DNA of 32,000 bases from the NCBI RefSeq assembly GCF_900232105.1, contig NZ_LT934425.1:3360001-3392000 (forward strand), given 5' to 3'. The notes under the pieces are model-generated. The model was given only the letters and a program-made list of their open reading frames with translations. It did not search any database and was not told the DNA's origin. Source of the DNA: Candidatus Kuenenia stuttgartensis (lineage in GTDB: Bacteria > Planctomycetota > Brocadiia > Brocadiales > Brocadiaceae). The position numbers and the translations under genes were made by a program. The first letter of the stretch is position 1. Every line of letters begins with the position of its first letter. Shown in pieces: positions 25,299 to 32,000 of this stretch.

Positions 25299-25314
25299 CG
25301 CAATAATAATGCCA
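25299..25314 (-). promoter_or_regulatory. candidate sigma-54 (-24/-12) promoter upstream of fliK
   Basis: The minus strand reads TGGCAT-tatta-TTGCG, against the consensus TGGCAC-N5-TTGCW. It lies about 175-190 nt upstream of the fliK ATG. Confidence 0.55.
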
Positions 25315-25802
25315 TGATTTTTTTTCAGAAAAAAGAGCGGGGGGATGCACGGTTTTATCCTTTCATACGCAGTTCTTTTTGATAGAGAAAAAAGCGCTAT
25401 AAGCCTTAAGACGCCTTTCCCATGTTGGCGGTGGTTTAGTCCTGCAACCCCTGATACTATGACTGTCCGGTGGAAACACCCCTGAGTACAAATCGCGGGT
25501 TTAATGGTATTTTTCAGGTAATAAAATATTTTGTCCGGAGATATAAAATTACATGAAAAATTTTAGGACTATTTTGTGGATTAGGGAAAACGAGGAGGAA
25601 ACAAGGGGGCTTTTTTTCCTATGAGCAGGTAATTCTTTCCGTTTACGATTTACGATGATGAAAAAGCGGAAACCACAGATTTCGGTAGAGTAGAAACAGA
25701 CGACTAGAACTTAGGCAGAAGTTTGTTTTCTCTGTTTGCTGGCTGGTTTCCCGCCAGTGCCACCATATCTCCGCCATATACTTATCATCTGCCCCCCTCG
25801 TC

Positions 25803-25835
25803 AAACCGTGCATGCGATTTTACCGCACACGGCTT
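25803..25835 (-). ncRNA. group II intron domain V
   Basis: The minus strand reads AAGCCGUGUGCGGUAAAAUCGCAUGCACGGUUU. It has the AGC triad, a two-part helix with a 2-nt bulge, and an A-rich terminal loop. Confidence 0.85.
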
Positions 25836-25902
25836 TCCGACAGTCTTCTTCTTAAGCTTTCACAGGTTGTCTGGCAGGAACATATTTTGTCGGGTCTATT
25901 AG

Positions 25903-27201
25903 TCAATATCTATTGACTAATTCCTTAAACGCTCCTCGATTATAGAGCTTGCTCCTGCGCTGACTTTTCCTCTTATAATATCTCGTTAATCTCCTGAAAA
26001 GATAATATCGTAGGTCTCTTTTCGCCTTGTTTGGATACGTTACTCCCTTTATTGTGAAGTAATTTATCCATCCTCTTGTTATTGCATTCAGTTCATTAGC
26101 TACTTTTTCCGCCGCTTTATGCCCATTGCTCTTTAGGTAGTTTCCTATCTTTTCCCTAACCTTCTTCTGTGATTTCCTGCTTGGTTCTATGTTCCAGTAT
26201 TTCTTGTGTTTCCTACCAAACAAATCTTCTGAGAAGGATATGGTATGTCCGAGAAAGTCAAAGCTCTCTTCTTCAGCTTTTACTATTTTACTCTTATCCT
26301 CGTTAAGACTCAGCTTTAACTTCTTTAACAACCTGTTGAGATAGTCTAATGCTTCACGAGGTATTCGCTTTGCCATCAATACCCAATCATCCGCATAACG
26401 TATGATTGTTATCCCATACTTATAGAAAACCCCATTCTCTCTATTGACTGCTTTGTCGAGCATGTGCAGATATATGTTTGCTAATAATGGTGATATTACG
26501 CTTCCCTGCGGTGTTCCTATCTTATTTTTCCTCCCGCCTCCTGGTTTGCCTTCCTCTATCACCGGTGCTTTTAACCACATTTTTATCAAGTGCAGTACGT
26601 TCTTGTCGCTTATCCTCATCCCTATTAACAGTAACAATTCCTTGTGCGGTATTGTGTCAAAATAAGAACTCAGGTCTGCGTCAAATACCTCTGTTTTCCC
26701 TTCTCGCAGTTTTTCTTTGATTTTCCTCACAGCATCGCCCGCTGAACGTCCCGGTCGGAATCCGTAGGAGCTATCTTCAAAGTCTGCTTCGAATATCGGC
26801 TCTATTACAAGCTTTACACTCATCTGCACTACCCTGTCTTTTATCACAGGGATTCCCAATGGTCGTGTCTTACCGTTGGTTTTAGGTATGTACACTCTCA
26901 GTACCGGCTGTGGTTCGTAGGTTTTGTTTTCAAGTTCCTCTATTATCTCTCCAAGAAACTTCTCCACCCCGTATGACTCCACATCTTCAAATGTAATCCC
27001 GTCTGCCCCGGCGCTTCCTCCATTGGATTTGCAGCGCTTGTACGCCTCTCTCAAAAAATGCAACATTCTCACCTTGTCATACAATACATAAAAGCGAAAT
27101 CCTTCTTCCTGTTTGGCTTTTCGATATAGTTTACGCTGAAAGTCTCGGACTCTTTCATCATCGCTCATTTGCGATTTCGGTATTGCTTGTAGGTCTCCCA
27201 A
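25903..27201 (-). CDS. group II intron reverse transcriptase/maturase (RT + X domains, no En domain)
   Basis: RVYIPKTNGKTRPLGIPVIKDRVVQ, SYGFRPGRSAGDA, RYADDWVLM (YADD) and ITRGWINYF (the X/maturase domain). TTG at 27201 has AGGAGG 8 nt upstream. An alternative ATG lies at 27168. Confidence 0.9.
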   Translation of the reverse strand: MGDLQAIPKSQMSDDERVRDFQRKLYRKAKQEEGFRFYVLYDKVRMLHFLREAYKRCKSNGGSAGADGITFEDVESYGVEKFLGEIIEELENKTYEPQPVLRVYIPKTNGKTRPLGIPVIKDRVVQMSVKLVIEPIFEADFEDSSYGFRPGRSAGDAVRKIKEKLREGKTEVFDADLSSYFDTIPHKELLLLIGMRISDKNVLHLIKMWLKAPVIEEGKPGGGRKNKIGTPQGSVISPLLANIYLHMLDKAVNRENGVFYKYGITIIRYADDWVLMAKRIPREALDYLNRLLKKLKLSLNEDKSKIVKAEEESFDFLGHTISFSEDLFGRKHKKYWNIEPSRKSQKKVREKIGNYLKSNGHKAAEKVANELNAITRGWINYFTIKGVTYPNKAKRDLRYYLFRRLTRYYKRKSQRRSKLYNRGAFKELVNRY

Positions 27202-27740
27202 TACAATTTCCTCCTTTCTTTGTAAACGTTAACTGAAGTAATGCCCCTTCGCTACGGTGAAGTTATGTTGTCTTCACCATCTTCACTACTATGGGCATCT
27301 CCGACTTCTCATTATCCCGCTATACCCTTCGGCTTCCCTTATAGTATGCGTTACGGTCATCAACCTGAACAATGAGACCTCCCAAGTTCATATATATACC
27401 TTTTACAGTCATACCGTCACTCTCAACTCCGACGACACCGCATAGTTCTACCGTTTGTCTCTTTCTACCTATGCGATTACAGATTTCGCCCAATCCGGGA
27501 GGCTCATCTATCGTATTTTTAGCGTAACGAAGCCTGCGTGTTCGCTTGCGCTACGGTCTGACTGCTCGCTACAGGGGACTCGAACGTATTCATCGCTGTT
27601 TACGTCCTCCCGTGAGGCTTTCTGCCTCTTTCACTACCGCCCGAACGGTCAATTGGCGGGTTGGATTTGCACCAACTGATATATATACGCTTCTTGGCGT
27701 ACCAGATTGCACAGATTGAAAAGGTGGGAATTTAATATGT

Positions 27741-27764
27741 AGAGACAACACATGCGTTGTCTCT
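27741..27764 (-). terminator. 9-bp stem hairpin 3 nt after the lipoprotein stop codon
   Basis: agagacaac-acatgc-gttgtctct. Only a weak U-tract follows on the minus strand. The putative intron 5' end is 28 nt further downstream. Confidence 0.45.
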
Positions 27765-27767
27765 GTT

Positions 27768-28391
27768 TTAATATAATAGCGTCTTTGTAATCTGGTTGGC
27801 GACAAACTGAGAATAACGTCTCATGGAAAGCAGGATAAGCTTCCAGCCGTAGAGAGCGCTTTTTTGGTGGGTGCTTTCAAAGTAATATTTTACCAGTTCT
27901 GCGACTTCATTTTCGTTGCTGTCATATACACCGTCCGCGCTCCATAAAACTGTGCCGGTATCGGTGGAAACCATTCCTGCTTTAACACCAAGCAGCATTG
28001 GTTCATAGGGACGATAGTGAGTAATGGCGCCAAAAACAATGGCGTCAACGTCGTATTTTTTCCTTAATTGCAATACAGTGTTGAGATTGATAGACCCTTT
28101 ATCCCATATCTTATTTTCCGATAACATTTTTGCCTTTCCTTCAAGTACAACAACTTCAAATCTGCCTATTTTCCTCAGCTCTACAGAAAATGCCTCTGCA
28201 ATTTCATCGATAACGGCTTCCCGGTCGATGGTGTATTCAAAGGGCAAAAGCAATACCCGTTGCAAATGGGTTACTCTTAATTCTTCGGATTTGTTATAAC
28301 TCAATCCTGAATACCGGGTAATTTTAGGGCTGCTTATACAACCGGAAAGAAGGATTAAAAATATGATACTTACGCTGATTCTACGATACAC
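27768..28391 (-). CDS. lipoprotein with LpoB/CsgG-N/DUF799-like pattern
   Basis: GTG at 28391 is preceded by GGAGG and gives MYRRISVSIIFLILLSGC, a signal peptide with lipobox. Further motifs are RVLLLPFEY...DAIVFGAITHY...VSTDTGTVLWSA. The tracked N-terminal extension is built from heptamer repeats. Confidence 0.65.
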   Translation of the reverse strand: MYRRISVSIIFLILLSGCISSPKITRYSGLSYNKSEELRVTHLQRVLLLPFEYTIDREAVIDEIAEAFSVELRKIGRFEVVVLEGKAKMLSENKIWDKGSINLNTVLQLRKKYDVDAIVFGAITHYRPYEPMLLGVKAGMVSTDTGTVLWSADGVYDSNENEVAELVKYYFESTHQKSALYGWKLILLSMRRYSQFVANQITKTLLY

Positions 28392-28431
28392 AAACACCTC
28401 CAGATGCGTTATAAAAAATAGTGGCTGTTCA

Positions 28432-28494
28432 CAATCCGCAATCTCCAATCTCCAATCTGCAATTTGCTGACTGCTGACTGCCGACTGCCGACTG
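28432..28494. repeat. two-block heptamer tandem array (CAATYYS x5, then CYGACTG x4)
   Basis: caatccg caatctc caatctc caatctg caatttg ctgactg ctgactg ccgactg ccgactg. Confidence 0.9.
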
Positions 28495-28537
28495 TTCACT
28501 CCACCCTACACTATTTTTAAAGAGATTTACACGTCAT

Positions 28538-29059
28538 TTACTGGTTTTTCTTTTTATCTACCAGTAATTCTATCTTTAGGCCAACAAGCTCTTGTTTCGC
28601 TTTTGTTTCCTCGAGCCTTGACCTGGCTAATTCCAGGGTCAGTTCTTTAATTTTATCCTCATAAGGCGCCTGTGCGTTCACAAGTTGTTTTCTAAGTTGT
28701 TCATTTTCCTGTTGAAGTGTTTCCAGAAACTGCAATTGCCGCTCGTTTTCTTCAATCTTGTATTCAAGCATCTTGCGAATTTCCCTTTGCTCTGCTATTT
28801 CTTTTTCGAGTGAAGCGACCTTTTCTTTTTCCGTTGTAAGGTTTTTGTTTGCCTGATCAAGCTGTTCCAGGATAGAGAGTCTATTGGTTTTGTAGCCGGT
28901 ATCTATTTTTACGGTAGCCCCTTCTGTAAGATAGCCACTGCTTTTGGGTGGAGGGGGCGGTGGTTCCGTTGAAAGCGAAGAGTTCATAATGCTTTCACAA
29001 CCAAGGCAGGTTAAGAGCATAAAAGATAACAGAGAAAGTAAAAATAAAAATTTCTGCAT
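28538..29059 (-). CDS. coiled-coil lipoprotein
   Basis: MQKFLFLLSLLSFMLLTCLGC gives the lipobox. A PPPPPP linker follows, then about 110 aa of E/K/Q/L heptad-like sequence. Confidence 0.7.
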   Translation of the reverse strand: MQKFLFLLSLLSFMLLTCLGCESIMNSSLSTEPPPPPPKSSGYLTEGATVKIDTGYKTNRLSILEQLDQANKNLTTEKEKVASLEKEIAEQREIRKMLEYKIEENERQLQFLETLQQENEQLRKQLVNAQAPYEDKIKELTLELARSRLEETKAKQELVGLKIELLVDKKKNQ

Positions 29060-29092
29060 GGTGTATTCCTTAATTAATGTAAAATCTTATCT

Positions 29093-29166
29093 GTAGGGGC
29101 TAAGCATTTGCCAGTTTTGGCAGGAGCGCATTTATGACAATTTATAGCAAATGCTTCGGCTCCTAC
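29093..29166. repeat. imperfect inverted repeat (19-20 nt arms, 35-nt spacer)
   Basis: gtaggggctaagcatttgc (29093..29111) against gcaaatgcttcggctcctac (29147..29166). The arms are complementary except for about 3 positions. Confidence 0.7.
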
Positions 29167-29375
29167 ACTGAGGAAAATAATACCAAAATAGTGGCGCAAA
29201 TAGAATGCCTTAAATAGTACCGGCAGGGTATTGCCTTGTCATTTGGTTGGAAATATTTTTTAATTGTTTCAAAAATAGACACTTATGATATTATTCAAGT
29301 CTTGTATTGAAATCTTCATTCCTGCATTTCGTGACGGCGGAAAAAACATCAATGGTGAAATATTTTCCGGTTTTT

Positions 29376-30062
29376 TTATAAAGGCAATTTTTTCTCCTGT
29401 CCTGAAAAGGGATTATTTTTGACTAAGAGGTCTTTAAGGGTGCGTGTTGCCTGCGTTATATTTTCACTGCAAATAATTGCAGAACAAATAGCAATCCTGT
29501 TTCCGCCCGCCTGTATTATTTCAGCCGCGTTGTTGGCGGTAATGCCGCCAATCACTACAAAAGGAAGAGAAATTTCCTGACGTACCTGCTGCAAATAGCG
29601 TAGGCCTACGGGGGGCTCATGGGATTTTGTGGCGGTATAAAATAAGGGACCAACGCTAATATAGTCAGCGCCTTCCTGTTCTGCCAGGCGTGCCTGGAAT
29701 ATGTTGTGTGTGGAGCGTCCGATTATTTTGTCATTTCCAATGATTTTGCGTGCGTTATTGATGTTCATATCTGTCTGCCCGATATGTAATCCATCTGCAT
29801 TTACTTTTCCGGCGATTTTCGCCCGGTCATTTATGATAAATAGTGTATTTGTTTGTCCGGTTATTTCCCTGAAATCTTTTGCAATGGCAAGGAATTCATT
29901 GTCTGGCATTGTTTTTTCCCTGAGTTGTACCGCATCTGCGCCACCCCGGATAACTTCCTGCAGGATGTTTCCTCCGTTTTTCCGTACCAGCGTGGGGCTT
30001 ATTATGACATACAGGAGGACATCCGAAAATCTTTTTTTATATTTTATCGTACTATTCTTCAT
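29376..30062 (-). CDS. thiE: thiamine-phosphate synthase ThiE
   Basis: GGADAVQLREK, ADGLHIGQTD, ADYISVGPLFYTATK and FVVIGGIT are the TMP-synthase motifs. AGGAG lies 8 nt upstream of the ATG. Confidence 0.9.
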   Translation of the reverse strand: MKNSTIKYKKRFSDVLLYVIISPTLVRKNGGNILQEVIRGGADAVQLREKTMPDNEFLAIAKDFREITGQTNTLFIINDRAKIAGKVNADGLHIGQTDMNINNARKIIGNDKIIGRSTHNIFQARLAEQEGADYISVGPLFYTATKSHEPPVGLRYLQQVRQEISLPFVVIGGITANNAAEIIQAGGNRIAICSAIICSENITQATRTLKDLLVKNNPFSGQEKKLPL

Positions 30063-30091
30063 GTACCCGCTCCTGAGACATAATTATAATA

Positions 30092-30119
30092 TTGACACTA
30101 AACGTATGTTTGATATAAT
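30092..30119 (+). promoter_or_regulatory. near-consensus sigma-70 promoter (TTGACA-N16-TGaTATAAT)
   Basis: TTGACA at 30092..30097 and TATAAT at 30114..30119, with an extended -10 TG at 30111..30112. It points toward purF, about 350 nt downstream. Confidence 0.5.
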
Positions 30120-30476
30120 TTCTTTTCGTTACCAAACCTGCCGAAAAATTCAATTATTTGCATCTCTTAGTGAACAATCTTCAAAACAAATTGACGCATA
30201 TTAATGACACAAAACAACTGATTATTGTTAAAAAAATTGTGCAGAGGATAATATTCCAATGCCACAATTCCTGCCCTGTACGGAAAAATGTCAGCATTAA
30301 AGAACAGCGTTTTTCTCTTTTTCCTCATTTTAAGCAATATTTTATATAATACTGGTTTGTGCATGGAATTTCAAAGGAATCGTAAGATGCCCTCCCTCAA
30401 AGGGAGGATTCGTAAATTTAAAATCGTAAATGGATTTTTATAAAATACTTAACAATTTTAACGGGCTTATAGATAA

Positions 30477-31904
30477 ATGGGTTACATAAAAGAACATTGT
30501 GGTTTGTTTGGTGTTTACGGCTGTGAAGATGCTGTTGAGAAGGTGTATTATGGGTTATATTCTTTACAGCACCGTGGGGAGGAAAGCGCCGGGATTGCCT
30601 CAACGGATGGCAAAGATATCATTTGCCGTAAAGGAATGGGGTTGATCAGTGACGCCCTGGATGCCCGTATGCTTAAATTCTTAAAAAACCCCGTTGCGAT
30701 CGGGCATGTGCGATATTCTACTTTTGGTTCGAGCAATATTGAAAATGCACAGCCTATGCTGGTGGATTATTATCGGGGGAAAGTGGCAATTGCCCATAAT
30801 GGACAATTGACTAATGCAAAAAAACTGCGGGATGAGTTTGAAGGAAATGGGTCGATATTCCATACAACTTCTGACACTGAAGTAATTGTGCACCTGATGG
30901 CGAAGCCTTCGGTTTCAAGGCAAAGCGGGCTGCCAGGCGTATTAAATCAACTGAAAGGGGCATTTTCATTGTTGATTTTAACCCCAAATGAGATGATTGG
31001 AGTACGTGATCCGTATGGCTTCAGGCCGCTTTCTTTGGGAAAACTTAATAACGGATATGTTTTTGCTTCTGAAACATGTGCCCTTGACCAGATCGGCGCA
31101 GAATACGTTCGGGATGTGCAGCCGGGGGAAATAGTCTCTATAAGTAAAGGCGGCCTTCGCAGTGAATTTTATAGTAATCAAAAAAAACATGCCTTCTGTA
31201 TATTTGAATTGGTGTATTTTTCCCGACCCGATAGCAGCGTGTACGGGGAAAGCGTCCATTTGTTCCGTAAGAAATTAGGCGCGAAGCTTACGGAAGAGTC
31301 GCCTGTTGATGCTGACGTGGTAATTTCCGTGCCGGAAGGGGGAAATTCCGCAGCAATTGGATATTCGCACGCCGCATCAATACCTTTTGACAGAGGTTTT
31401 ATCAGAAACCATTATGTTGGAAGGACTTTCATCCTGCCTCAGCAAGATATGAGACATCGTTTTGTCGAGCTGAAATTAAATCCGCTGAAAGAGACAGTGG
31501 CTGGGAAACGTGTTATTGTAATAGATGATTCGATTGTGCGGGGTACTACCTCGAAATCCAGGTTTGGTTTATTAAGAAAAGCAGGTGCGAAGGAAATACA
31601 CGCGAGGATTAGTTGTCCGCCCCACAGGCATCCCTGTTATTATGGAATTGATTTTCAGCAAAAAGGCGAACTTATTGCAGCCAATAAAACGGTTGAAGAG
31701 ACAAGAAAATTTTTGAATGTAGAGAGCCTGAGTTATCTTAGCGTGGAAGGAATGATGAGCTGTACCACACAGCCGAGGCAGAATTTCTGCAACGCTTGTT
31801 TCACCAGTGATTATCCAACAAACGTTAATGAAGAAATGGATAATGTAACGGATAGTTTTTCCGTTGATGAAGCGGAAAGATTGAGCCGATGTGTAATTAA
31901 ATAA
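30477..31904 (+). CDS. purF: amidophosphoribosyltransferase PurF (propeptide plus Fe-S cluster type)
   Basis: MGYIKEH-CGLFGVYG gives the Ntn catalytic Cys after a short propeptide. VIVIDDSIVRGTTSK is the PRPP loop. Cys ligands are CPPHRHPCYYGID and NFCNACF. Confidence 0.95.
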   Translation: MGYIKEHCGLFGVYGCEDAVEKVYYGLYSLQHRGEESAGIASTDGKDIICRKGMGLISDALDARMLKFLKNPVAIGHVRYSTFGSSNIENAQPMLVDYYRGKVAIAHNGQLTNAKKLRDEFEGNGSIFHTTSDTEVIVHLMAKPSVSRQSGLPGVLNQLKGAFSLLILTPNEMIGVRDPYGFRPLSLGKLNNGYVFASETCALDQIGAEYVRDVQPGEIVSISKGGLRSEFYSNQKKHAFCIFELVYFSRPDSSVYGESVHLFRKKLGAKLTEESPVDADVVISVPEGGNSAAIGYSHAASIPFDRGFIRNHYVGRTFILPQQDMRHRFVELKLNPLKETVAGKRVIVIDDSIVRGTTSKSRFGLLRKAGAKEIHARISCPPHRHPCYYGIDFQQKGELIAANKTVEETRKFLNVESLSYLSVEGMMSCTTQPRQNFCNACFTSDYPTNVNEEMDNVTDSFSVDEAERLSRCVIK

Positions 31905-32000
31905 ACTCCCCCCTTGGATTATAGGCAAATGTATTTCATAAATCCCCTCTATCTGGTAAAAGGTATATTTGGCAGAACATTTTATATCTTTCCGGAACGA

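Larger units (their letters stand above)
25704..27712 (-). mobile_element. group II intron (bacterial, endonuclease-less IEP); both boundaries approximate
   Basis: RT/maturase ORF flanked by about 510 nt of structured 5' RNA starting at GTGCA (27712) and a textbook domain V 67 nt after the ORF stop. The 3' end was not resolved (25.70-25.80 kb). Confidence 0.8.

Noticed and set aside
25380-25640. Possible riboswitch or small RNA in the long region upstream of fliK
   Set aside because: Some local complementarity exists, but I could not match any known motif (for example c-di-GMP classes) or find a convincing terminator. There is not enough evidence to call a feature.
27560-27595. tRNA-like T-arm sequence (GTTCGAGTCCCCTG on the minus strand)
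   Set aside because: No acceptor or anticodon stems are present around it. It lies inside group II intron domain I-III RNA.
27257-27805. Three small ORFs (62-74 aa) on both strands
   Set aside because: They overlap the structured 5' RNA domains of the group II intron and a terminator hairpin. They have no coding signatures.
28432-28494. Possible CRISPR-like array
   Set aside because: The period is 7 nt with no spacers. These are simple tandem repeats, not CRISPR.
28392-28499. N-terminal extension of the lipoprotein
   Set aside because: It is composed of translated heptamer repeats. GTG 28391 with GGAGG gives a canonical lipoprotein signal peptide.
30063-30085. CUGAGA motif suggesting a TPP riboswitch next to thiE
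   Set aside because: The motif is on the plus strand while thiE is on the minus strand. No accompanying ACCUGAUCUGG/GGGG elements are present on either strand.
29701-30204. 167-aa plus-strand ORF
   Set aside because: It is antisense to thiE, which has all the TMP-synthase motifs. It is a shadow ORF.
30158-30364. Overlapping 63-aa (+) and 65-aa (-) ORFs in the purF leader
   Set aside because: They are mutually antisense, AT-rich and low-complexity, with no SD. They are probably non-coding leader sequence.

Overview
AT-rich bacterial chromosomal window. Almost every gene from 717 to 30062 lies on the minus strand. Read in the direction of transcription (high to low coordinates) it contains five blocks. 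(1) thiE and two lipoprotein genes. (2) A group II intron with an intact RT/maturase ORF. (3) A flagellar hook and rod/ring block, fliK-flgD-flgE / flgF-flgG-flgA-flgH-flgI, so a diderm-type flagellum with L and P rings. (4) A roughly 13 kb glycan cluster starting 238 nt after flgI, with four predicted sulfotransferases, five glycosyltransferases, an ABC-exporter-like protein whose ATPase motifs all look degenerate, and a propeller-like unknown. (5) A toxin-antitoxin cluster at the low-coordinate end (HicAB, HigA). purF is on the plus strand at the right edge. The co-directional array is interrupted only by selfish or repeat DNA. These interruptions are HepT/MntA between two tandem GT paralogs, VapC plus a DUF104-type antitoxin between flgE and flgF, a 300-bp MITE with perfect 26-bp TIRs and a TATAAT target duplication between flgH and flgI, the intron, and several short repeat families. 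The repeat families are C-run/G-run palindromes (two of them in frame inside flgA and fliK), 7-nt and 9-nt tandem arrays, and REP-like hairpins. The best candidates for new biology are the multi-sulfotransferase glycan pathway joined to the flagellar genes and its apparently ATPase-dead ABC-like component. No rRNA, tRNA or CRISPR was seen. All family assignments come from motif recognition by eye. No searches were run, and the organism cannot be established from this window.
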